Shown here in pieces: positions 1 to 8,600 of a stretch of 64,000 nucleotides of DNA (its first letter is position 1; every line of letters begins with the position of its first letter). The notes beneath the pieces were generated by a model, which saw only the letters and a list, made by a program, of their open reading frames with translations, was not told where the DNA came from and did no database searches. Origin of the DNA: an uncultured virus (IMG/VR IMGVR_UViG_3300042510_000354) (lineage: Duplodnaviria > Heunggongvirae > Uroviricota > Caudoviricetes); IMG/VR virus record IMGVR_UViG_3300042510_000354, positions 1 through 64,000 of that record. One strand, written 5' to 3'. A program made the position numbers and the translations under genes.

Positions 1-2
1 CT

Positions 3-506
3 TTATACCAGAGATACAGACCTAAAATCCAAACTAGCATTGAGTTCTATGACAAAGAAGCTAATAGGATGGTCCGTAACATTTACGAAGATCGAGCAGA
101 AGATGCTTCACTTCTAGGAAAATCAAGCCTGATGAGGGCAGGTATTGGCATGGGGGTTAATGGTAACCACATGAACGATGCTACTATTGTAAGAAGATTT
201 CATTTATGGGGTCGTAAAAATGGTATTGAAACCGCTACGATTCATGATGCTTTCTTCACCAACATTGGACAAGCAGCAAAGTCCAAGTATGCGCTTAGAG
301 AAATCTATGCGGATGCTCTTGAAGGTAACACAATAGAGAAAACATTACTGGCATTAAAAGCTGAAGGTATGTCTAACGAGACTTACAATAAGCTTCGCCA
401 AAAAGCTATTGAGGATGGCTTACTAAATCCCAAAAACAAGATTACGAGAAAAGAGATACTCGCTCCTATACCTAAAGGTATGGATTGGTATGGTATTGGA
501 CCGTAA
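3..506 (+). CDS. C-terminal part of a single-subunit (T7-family) DNA-directed RNA polymerase, 5'-truncated by the window edge
   Basis: Frame is open from base 3 (LYQRYRPKIQTSIEFY...). GVNGNHMNDAT...TIHDAFFT matches T7 RNAP APNFVHSQDGS...LIHDSFGT (motif C), preceded by a Q-x-Y specificity-loop-like segment. Confidence 0.75.
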   Translation, partial: LYQRYRPKIQTSIEFYDKEANRMVRNIYEDRAEDASLLGKSSLMRAGIGMGVNGNHMNDATIVRRFHLWGRKNGIETATIHDAFFTNIGQAAKSKYALREIYADALEGNTIEKTLLALKAEGMSNETYNKLRQKAIEDGLLNPKNKITRKEILAPIPKGMDWYGIGP

Positions 507-572
507 GAGTTTATGTTTGTAACTAAACCCTAAAAAATTAAAATTAAATGGCTGTGCCAAAGGAAAATAAAG

Positions 573-1268
573 ATGAAAGTAGATAAGTTCGGAAACAAAG
601 AGTTCCTCGATGATGGTACCACACTAAACCCAGAGTTTCAAGCCGATCAGGTTGGAGATCCAGGTGCAGGTACTAACAATAAAGATACAGAAGACATGAT
701 CAATCGTATGGTTGAAGAGCGTCTTTCTAAAATCAAACAAAGTTTAGATAAAGCTTATCAAGAACGTGACAATGCTGTTAAAGAGCGTGTTCGTTTAGAA
801 GATGAAGCTAAACAACGTAAGATGAAAGCTTTAGAGGATGAAGGTAAGCATAAAGAAGTTGCTGAGATGAAGCTCGCAGAACTCACTGAAAAGCTTGCGT
901 TAGCCGAAGGTAAAGTAACTGAACTCACCCGAGATGGTGCAGTTCGTAATGCATTAACTGGTCTTGATTTCCGTAATGACCGATCTGGCCAAATGGCTTA
1001 TCGTGATATTATCGATCAACTCATCCAAGATCCAGAGACTGGTGCATGGATTCACAAATCTGGTGTATCAATCAAGGATTTTGTAGGACAATATGTAAAG
1101 AATGAAGATAATTCTTTCCTATTTAAACCTAAATCTAATTCAGGGGGTGGTGGTAGCAATATGAACGGTACTCCCAAACTCGATCCCAATAAGAAGATTA
1201 CTGATATGACTACTGAAGAAGTGTTAGCACTTGCTGCAGGTGGTAAACTCGGTAACTTCACACTTTAA
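573..1268 (+). CDS. Capsid scaffolding protein
   Basis: Acidic coiled-coil protein with a GGG-linker C-terminal tail, directly upstream of the MCP. Confidence 0.75.
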   Translation: MKVDKFGNKEFLDDGTTLNPEFQADQVGDPGAGTNNKDTEDMINRMVEERLSKIKQSLDKAYQERDNAVKERVRLEDEAKQRKMKALEDEGKHKEVAEMKLAELTEKLALAEGKVTELTRDGAVRNALTGLDFRNDRSGQMAYRDIIDQLIQDPETGAWIHKSGVSIKDFVGQYVKNEDNSFLFKPKSNSGGGGSNMNGTPKLDPNKKITDMTTEEVLALAAGGKLGNFTL

Positions 1269-1288
1269 AATCATAGGAGATTTTTTAA

Positions 1289-2383
1289 ATGATTAATCAT
1301 ACAATGTTCCAAAACGTAGCTATTGCTATTTCTGCATATGCTGATGAAATGTACACAAACGCCAAGAAGCTTAACAGCACTGGTATCGTTGGTACTGATG
1401 CCCGTATTGACCCAACAGGCGAGAGCTTCATTGGTCAAATGCGCTGGTACAAACCTCTAGCTGCCAACATTAACGTTGCTAGCTTATCTAGCGCTAATGA
1501 AGGCAACTACACTGATGTGTCAACTGAAATTGCTGACTACATCAAGACAGTCCGTACATTCGGTTCACAACAAGTTAACCTCCAGCAAATCGTTTCTCAA
1601 CAAGACGGTCTCTCTAAAATCGCTCGTGACTTCTCTGAAGTTCGTAGCCAAGACGAGTCTGACTCTATCGTATCTACACTCAAAGGTGTAGCTGCTTATG
1701 AAGTTTCTCGTGGTGCTGGTATTGTTGGCTATGACACAGACGCTGATGGTTCTACTGTTGGTAACTTCGTAGACATTAACGCTGCTGGTGTATTCGGTGC
1801 CGCAGCTGCTACTTCTGCTTCTGATCAGCGTAAGCTATTTGATGCTACCGCTATTGGTGCTGCCCGTGGTCAACGTCTATTCCAAGCTCTTGGTATGGCA
1901 TTCAAAGACTATGAGCCTGACTTTATGTACATGATCACTTCACCTGAAGTTTTAGCTGAATTACGTGCTGCTAACTTAGTAGACGTAACTACAGTTACTG
2001 ATGGCAACTTAACATTCCAAACCGTATTCGGTGGTAAGTTCCGTCTAATCCTCAGCCGTGTTGCTCAAGGTGACCTCTCAGCCTCTGCTAACGTAAATGA
2101 TCGTTCTACTAAGACTACATTCATTTGCAAGCCAGGCGCTATCAGCTTTACAAATATTGCTGTTCCTACACCTGTTGAAGTTGACCGCTCTGCTGCTTCC
2201 TACACTGGTGGTGGTTCTACATCTATCTGGTATCGTTATGGCTTCGTTGTACATCCAATGGGTTACGACTGGGCTGGCGCTACTAACGCTTTTGCTACCA
2301 ACACTGCTTTTGCAACTGCTGGTTCATGGGCACGTAAGATGAGTGCATTGAACTTAGGTATTCTACCTATTCTCCACGCTTAA
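1289..2383 (+). CDS. Major capsid protein
   Basis: 364 aa, AGGAG RBS, codon bias of a highly expressed gene, C-terminal VEVDR...GGG...HPMGY pattern, position after scaffold. Confidence 0.85.
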   Translation: MINHTMFQNVAIAISAYADEMYTNAKKLNSTGIVGTDARIDPTGESFIGQMRWYKPLAANINVASLSSANEGNYTDVSTEIADYIKTVRTFGSQQVNLQQIVSQQDGLSKIARDFSEVRSQDESDSIVSTLKGVAAYEVSRGAGIVGYDTDADGSTVGNFVDINAAGVFGAAAATSASDQRKLFDATAIGAARGQRLFQALGMAFKDYEPDFMYMITSPEVLAELRAANLVDVTTVTDGNLTFQTVFGGKFRLILSRVAQGDLSASANVNDRSTKTTFICKPGAISFTNIAVPTPVEVDRSAASYTGGGSTSIWYRYGFVVHPMGYDWAGATNAFATNTAFATAGSWARKMSALNLGILPILHA

Positions 2384-2400
2384 TCTATTAGGAGGAACTG

Positions 2401-2898
2401 ATGGCACTAGTCCTAGGTACAAACACATATGTAACTATGGCCGAAGCTGATGCATACTTTGATACTCGCATTGATGCGGGTGCATGGTTAAATGCTCAAG
2501 ACGACGACCAGGAGTCAGCATTAGTGACTGCAACTCTTATACTTGATGAAAATCAATTTATCGGTGTTGCTGTCAGTTCCACACAGAGTCTTGCGTGGCC
2601 TCGTAAAGGGGCTTATATTTTTGATCCTAGATTAGGACAAGAAGTTAACTTTAGTGTGAGTGAAATTCCAAAGAGAATGAAACAGGCTGTTTTAGAAATG
2701 GCTCATCATTTATTATCCAATGAAAATTTGTTAGATAATAAAACACAAAACTTTGAAGAAATTTCAATTGGTACTATTACATTGAAAGATAGTAATAATG
2801 ACACAACTAGAACTCCAGTAGTTCCTAGTATTGTTAGAAAATACCTAAAACCACTTTTAGTAAACCAAGGTTCTACTCAATGGTGGAGGGCAAACTAA
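2401..2898 (+). CDS. Head-tail adaptor (DnaT-like domain family)
   Basis: NTYVTMAEADAYF...AT..LD...QSLAWPR...IP..MKQA..E.A motif; follows the MCP. Confidence 0.75.
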   Translation: MALVLGTNTYVTMAEADAYFDTRIDAGAWLNAQDDDQESALVTATLILDENQFIGVAVSSTQSLAWPRKGAYIFDPRLGQEVNFSVSEIPKRMKQAVLEMAHHLLSNENLLDNKTQNFEEISIGTITLKDSNNDTTRTPVVPSIVRKYLKPLLVNQGSTQWWRAN

Positions 2899-3243
2899 AT
2901 GTCCCTCAAATCAAAAGTACAAAAATCCGTGGATACTGCCTTTGAAAAATTAAAGGATCTTTCGGTTACTGCTACTTTTGACAACAAGATCGTCAGTGGA
3001 TTTAATTTTGCTACTGGTTCGATTGTAAAAACGGATCAGACATACACCGCTCAAGGCTTTTTAGGTACTAGTAAGTCCTTTGAGTCTGGTATTCCTGTTA
3101 CTACAACTTCACTCACAATTAAAAGTAATCCTGCAATTAACTTCGATAGCTATTCACGGGTAACCGTTAATAATGTGGAATATGGTTGTAACGTTATTTC
3201 AAAGGATGAGTTTGTTGTTGTACTCTCATTAGCAGGAGTATAA
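2899..3243 (+). CDS. Head closure/stopper protein
   Basis: 114-aa beta-rich protein in the canonical neck position. Confidence 0.55.
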   Translation: MSLKSKVQKSVDTAFEKLKDLSVTATFDNKIVSGFNFATGSIVKTDQTYTAQGFLGTSKSFESGIPVTTTSLTIKSNPAINFDSYSRVTVNNVEYGCNVISKDEFVVVLSLAGV

Positions 3244-3244
3244 T

Positions 3245-3652
3245 ATGAGTATGTATAGTAAATTAAAGTCAGACATATATGGTTTATTCGCTTCAAGCGC
3301 ATGGACAACAACTGGATACAAAGCTTATCCTGCCAACTATAGTGGAACAATAGACACTACTACTTCTTTTATTAGAATTAGTATTCTACCAGGAAGAGGC
3401 ACTGTTGATGCTCATGGGTTTAAAAAGAAATTCTCAGGTATGTTGATACTATCGATTTTTGTCAAGGCAGGTAATGGTGATGCAGAATTGTTCACTATTG
3501 CTGATACTCTAGATTCCCTATTTCAAGGTAAGACTTTGACAAATGGAACCCAATTTGGCGCAAGCACAGTAATGAAGCTTGGCCTTGATCCCGCAGATAA
3601 ATCTCTTTATCGTGGTGATTATTCAATAAATTTTAAAGCTTATGGAGATTAA
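3245..3652 (+). CDS. Tail terminator/completion protein
   Basis: 135 aa directly upstream of the tail tube; G.LILSIFV.AG.G...IAD.L..LF pattern. Confidence 0.65.
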   Translation: MSMYSKLKSDIYGLFASSAWTTTGYKAYPANYSGTIDTTTSFIRISILPGRGTVDAHGFKKKFSGMLILSIFVKAGNGDAELFTIADTLDSLFQGKTLTNGTQFGASTVMKLGLDPADKSLYRGDYSINFKAYGD

Positions 3653-3657
3653 AACAC

Positions 3658-4209
3658 ATGGCACATATTACATCAATCGGAGCTGGTATTTTCTCAGCAA
3701 TGGCCGTAAATACAACTGAGATTACTGATCTCACAACTGTAGATACATTAGCAGAACTAGTAGCTAAGTTTGCTACTACTGGTTCTTTCACTGAAATCAA
3801 GAACGTTCGTGAATTCCCACAAATCGGTACACCAGCTAACATCGTTAACGTACCTGTTTATGGTCAAAAGACTTCTAGCCAGATTCAAGGCCAGTCTGAT
3901 TCACCTAACTTAGAGATTACTCTAAACTACATTCCTGCTGACTGGGCACCATCCTCAGCACTAGGCGCTTTAGTAGGTAATGGTAAGATCTATGCTTTCC
4001 AGTTCTCTATGCTAAATGCTAAACCAGCTGGTTTAAATACTACTGCAGGTTCTACTGGTCTAGGTTCTGTTGACAACTCTAACTTCTACTTCGTTGGTAA
4101 AATCGAAGCTCTATTAGTTAGCCCACAGTTAACAGATGCTAACCAAGCTACACTAACATTGTCTTCACAAGGCGGCTTCTTCGGTCCTGCGACTGTTGGT
4201 CTCGTCTAA
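3658..4209 (+). CDS. Major tail (tube) protein
   Basis: 183 aa, EIKNVREFPQIG...QIQGQSD..LEITLNY pattern, high-expression codon bias, synteny. Confidence 0.8.
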   Translation: MAHITSIGAGIFSAMAVNTTEITDLTTVDTLAELVAKFATTGSFTEIKNVREFPQIGTPANIVNVPVYGQKTSSQIQGQSDSPNLEITLNYIPADWAPSSALGALVGNGKIYAFQFSMLNAKPAGLNTTAGSTGLGSVDNSNFYFVGKIEALLVSPQLTDANQATLTLSSQGGFFGPATVGLV

Positions 4210-4217
4210 TGACAATT

Positions 4218-4239
4218 TGGGCTAGTTTCTAGTCCATTT
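4218..4239 (+). terminator. Small hairpin after the tail tube gene (possible weak terminator)
   Basis: TGGGCTAG-TTT-CTAGTCCA followed by TTT. Confidence 0.35.
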
Positions 4240-4263
4240 ACCAGGGGACGCTAAAGAGAGATC
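4235..4263 (+). promoter_or_regulatory. Putative phage-RNAP promoter, copy 1
   Basis: CATTTACCAGGGGACGCTAAAGAGAGATC is identical (29/29) to 26225-26253; intergenic; T7-like 17-nt core followed by a purine-rich start. Confidence 0.75.
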
Positions 4264-4308
4264 TGAGGCTCCCCTTGGTTGTATTTATAGTATATATTAA
4301 GGATAATT

Positions 4309-4554
4309 ATGATTGATAACAATCAAGATAAACCACCATTCAGTAAATCATTTGTTATGAAGACTACATTTCGTCATATGAGACGTAGTGTTGATATTAG
4401 TATTCGTAAATCATTTGAAAGATTTCAAGATTTTGACAAGAATAGTGAAGTAGGTAGAGAGATCATGGAAACATTATCTGTGTTACATACAGTACGTAAA
4501 GTACTCGATGACTTCCAAGAAAATAACAAACAGTTATTTAATGATAGTAAATAA
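4309..4554 (+). CDS. Hypothetical protein (81 aa)
   Basis: AAGGA RBS; first ORF after promoter copy 1. Confidence 0.65.
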   Translation: MIDNNQDKPPFSKSFVMKTTFRHMRRSVDISIRKSFERFQDFDKNSEVGREIMETLSVLHTVRKVLDDFQENNKQLFNDSK

Positions 4555-4570
4555 AAGTAAGGAATATAAA

Positions 4571-4867
4571 ATGAAACATCTCGTTGGAAAAGTAATGTCT
4601 AAGAAAACCAAATTTATGGGTGAAGACGTTACAATTAAGAAGCTTTCTGTATCTCAAGTTATGGAGATTCAAGAAAAGTCAAAAGCTGTTGGAGAAGATG
4701 AAAATGCAAGTATCCAACTATTACAGTATGTGATTGGTTGTTCCGTTGATGGAGCAGATCAGTTATCAACTGAAGATTTCAGTGCATTTCCTGTCGATGA
4801 GCTATCTCGTCTGTCTAATGAAGTACTCACATTCTCTGGATTGGGAAACGTGAATCAGGGCAAATAA
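4571..4867 (+). CDS. Tail assembly chaperone (gpG-like)
   Basis: AAGGA RBS before ATG 4571; lies between tube and TMP; ends just after the slippery site G GGA AAC. Confidence 0.8.
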   Translation: MKHLVGKVMSKKTKFMGEDVTIKKLSVSQVMEIQEKSKAVGEDENASIQLLQYVIGCSVDGADQLSTEDFSAFPVDELSRLSNEVLTFSGLGNVNQGK

Positions 4868-5220
4868 CATTAGATAAGGAAATGATAGAAGTCTATGACT
4901 TGGCATTTAAACTACATATGCCAGTTTATAGACTCCTTAAAGAAATGCCCTATGAAGAACTATTAGGTTGGTTCGAATATTTTAGAGAGAGACCTGTTGG
5001 TTGGCAAGATGACCAGCGTACTTATATGTTATTACAGGCACAAGGGGTTAAAGAAAAACCCGAGAGACTATTTGCTTCATTAGCTGCTATTAAAAGAGCT
5101 AATAATGAAGATGAGAGTAGACTTGCAAATTCTATTATTAGCTCAGGATTATTGAATAAACTTCAAATGGCTGCAGCAGATAATGGTATCCCATGGGAGG
5201 TTACAATTGATAAAAATTAA
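4843..5220 (+). CDS. Tail assembly chaperone gpT-like segment reached by -1 frameshift
   Basis: The -1 frame is open from GGGAAAC (4843-4849) into ORF 4882-5220 (LA..L...V..L...MPY.E...W..YF). Confidence 0.75.
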   Translation, partial: GKRESGQITLDKEMIEVYDLAFKLHMPVYRLLKEMPYEELLGWFEYFRERPVGWQDDQRTYMLLQAQGVKEKPERLFASLAAIKRANNEDESRLANSIISSGLLNKLQMAAADNGIPWEVTIDKN

Positions 5221-5569
5221 ACTTAATGTCAATAAGGCATTAGATAAAAAGATATCAAATGCATTAGAAGATTCAACTAACAAGATAATAGATAATGCTG
5301 TTGAAACTGCTATAGAAGAACTCAAAAGAGTTACTCCAAAAGATACAGGATATGCTGCAAGTAGATGGACTTCTTATAAACAAGAGTCATTCAAAATCTC
5401 CTTTTCACTATCAAATAAATTTTTGATTAGCTTAACCGAAAGTAGTCATTATGTTAATAATGATGCTGAGTATATTACATATTTAAATGCTGGATGGTCG
5501 AAACAGGCACCATCATATTTCATTGAACAAACTTTAATGAAAAGTGGTTTCGAACCCACTATAATATAA
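5207..5569 (+). CDS. HK97 gp10-like neck/tail completion protein
   Basis: TPKDTG.A..RW and N.AEYI.YLN.G.SKQAP motifs; GGGAGG RBS before TTG 5207. Confidence 0.7.
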   Translation: MIKIKLNVNKALDKKISNALEDSTNKIIDNAVETAIEELKRVTPKDTGYAASRWTSYKQESFKISFSLSNKFLISLTESSHYVNNDAEYITYLNAGWSKQAPSYFIEQTLMKSGFEPTII

Positions 5570-5575
5570 TTTTTT

Positions 5576-5625
5576 TGCCCTTTGATGCATCACACTATTC
5601 GTGATATATCTTAGGGCATTTTTTT
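5576..5625 (+). terminator. Long imperfect hairpin with T-tract upstream of the tape measure gene
   Basis: TGCCCT..GATGCATCAC-loop-GTGATATATC..AGGGCA followed by T7. Confidence 0.5.
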
Positions 5626-5636
5626 AAGGAGATTTT

Positions 5637-8600
5637 ATGTCAGATATCGCATTGAAAGTCACGTCTGACTCGTCACAAGCACAAAGGGACTTAGACAAAC
5701 TTTCTACATCAGTAGGTAAAATAGAAAAGACAACGACTTCCGCTACTAGAACATTAGCTGGTCTTGCAACTAGTGTTACAGCTGCATTTGCTGCATTCGG
5801 TGCAGTTAACAGTATTACTAGAGCTTCAGATACCTTCACAAATTTAGAGAATAGAATTGCTCTAGTTGTAGGTAGGACTAAAGAATTAGTTGTTGTACAA
5901 TCCCAGTTATTGGCTCTATCGGTAAAGACTAGAAGCTCATTGGAAGGTACAGTAGGTGTATTTAATAAATTTGGTTCTTCATTAAAGAATGCAGGTGCAT
6001 CTACAAAACAACTATTACAAGCTACTGAGAACGTACAAAAGGCAGTTACTATTTCTGGTACTGCTGGTGAGTCTGCAAGAGCCGCTTTAATTCAGTTAGG
6101 GCAAGGTCTTGCCTCTGGACAATTACGTGGCGAGGAATTAAACTCAGTTCTAGAACAAACCCCTAGAATTGCACAGGCTATTGCTGATGGGATTGGTTCT
6201 TCTATTGGAGAACTAAGAAAGCTAGCTGAAGAGGGTAGATTAACAAGTGATGTAGTATTTAAAGCATTACTAAGTCAAACAGATAAATTAAATAGTGAAT
6301 TTGAAACACTAGCTCCTACTTTTGAACAATCAATTATTAGACTAAAAGATTCCGTAAATCTTTTGTTATCTGAGATATCTAAATCAAGTGGACTTTCACA
6401 AATACTTGGTGGAAACATAAATAGAATTTCAATATACATAACAAATTTAGCAGAAGTTGCTGATGTATACTTTACCATTTTAAGTTCAAGATTTGGTCAA
6501 ACAGTTAGAGATGCAAAGTTAGTTATTAATGCTTTTGGAAATTTATTCTCTGCCGTAGGTAGAAATATTAGTGCTATCGTACCTGTTATTCGTACATTTA
6601 CAACGCCATTAACAGTGTTGGCAAACTCATTTTTCTTTGAAAGACTAAGAATCTCTTTCTTAGCCTTTTATGATAGTGTATTTGAATTTAGAAAATTAGT
6701 TAGAGGTGTAGTTGAGCAATTAGGTCTATTCGTAGCCTTTGGTGATACTAGAACTTCAAGAACTATTGGTGATATTTTTAATTCAAAATCAGTAGTAGAA
6801 TTTACAAGTAATATAAATAAACTTGCAAAGGGTTTAGATCCAAATAATTTCTTTGGATTCTTAGCTTTCTCCGTAGGATTTAGAGACTTCTTTGTAACTC
6901 CTCTTTACCAAGGTGTAGCCGTACTAAAAACATTTGGTGCTGCATTAGGTATTGCTAGTAATCCACTTATTGAATTTTCTAATATACGTTTTGATAGGTT
7001 TCTTGAATTAGGTCTACAATCATTACAGATCTTAAGCTATACTATTCAGAGATTCTTTGCACCTGCAGTAGTACTCTCGTTAACTTATATTGCAGAATTT
7101 ACAACTAATTTAATCTATCTTACTAGGAGTTTACTTGGTTTAAACCCTAGTCTATTAGAAACATTTGCTATACTCCAAGTCAAAGGTGTTGCTGGTCTCA
7201 AATTACTAGTGTCTAATTTGCTAGGTTTAGATGTAGCAATTGGCTCATTATACGGATTTGTTACTGCATTCGCAGAAGTAAAAGCTGTTATTCAAAATAC
7301 TGTTATTGCTATTGTAGGCTATATGCTCTATATGAGCAGCAAAATTGAAGATAGTATTTTTACCAAGTTAAGTAAAGTAGAAGGTTTTATACGAGACTTT
7401 GCTACTAAAATTAAGGGTTACTTTTTTGATATATACGATAAAGTAGTAGGTAATTCTTACTGGCCAGATATGGTTGATGGTGTATTACGTTGGGCTGATA
7501 AGTTATACACAGAAGGCACAACAAAGATAGACGCATTTACAAAGAAAGTTAAAGCTTCTTTCTCCGATTTGAAAAATAGTACTAAAGATCTTTTTACTAA
7601 AATTACAGCAAAAGGATTAGACACAAGAGATACAATTGGTAACAGTAGCATTGGTAGTACTGTTAAAGATACTCTAAAAGATACTGTAGCTAAAGTAAAG
7701 CTTAAGATAGAAAAGATAGATGTTAGGGAAATGATCTCTAGCCTACCACTTAAAGAACTTGGCGCAGTATTCAAGAATATTGCCGATGTGTTTGTATTAG
7801 CTGCTATTGTTGCATTAGTAGCTCCTGCTACATTTGCCGCATTCTTTTCGGGTGCTGCAATATTAATCAAAGCAGCATTAATCCCAAAAATAGGAGAAGC
7901 ATTATACGAAGCATTTGACGCTAATATATTTAAAGAAATTGGTGAAACTGCAGGATCTATTATTGGGTTCTATCTAAGAGAAGCTATAGAATCTATTCCT
8001 GAATTACTAGGTCAATTGGTAACATTTGCTGATGCATTTGGAAAAGCATTCCTAGAACAATTTGGTATTATTGGTTCTGCTATTTCTAGTCTTTTCTCTT
8101 TCTTTAGTGTAGGAGATTCAGGCTTACTAGGTACTATTTTAGTTGGAGCAGGTATTGCTACTATACTTAGTAAAGTATCTGTTGTTAAAGAATTTGTAAG
8201 CGGCTTTCTAGCTTTTGTTGCTGGATCAGCAGGCTCTAGTGCAAACAGTGGTGGATTATTAGGACAAGCTTTATTAGGTGCTAACTTTAAATATTTAGTT
8301 GCAGGTGTATCTCTAATATTCTCTGGATTCTCAGATCATGTGAGTATGGCTGTAGCGCTAGCTGCTGGCATTCCATTAGTTACTCTTGCAATGCTTGGTG
8401 AGGATGTTGCAGGTAAACTTATTAAAGATTCTCTCGCATCTGTGTTTAAATTCTTTATTACGCAATCCTTAGCAGCCGCAGCTACTATATCTAAAACAAA
8501 ATTATTTACTAGTTTATTTGGAGATATCAAAGCTAGTGAAATAACTAGCAAGATTAATAAAGTAAAAGACATTGTAGGTAAAGTTCTTGGCAATATTAAT

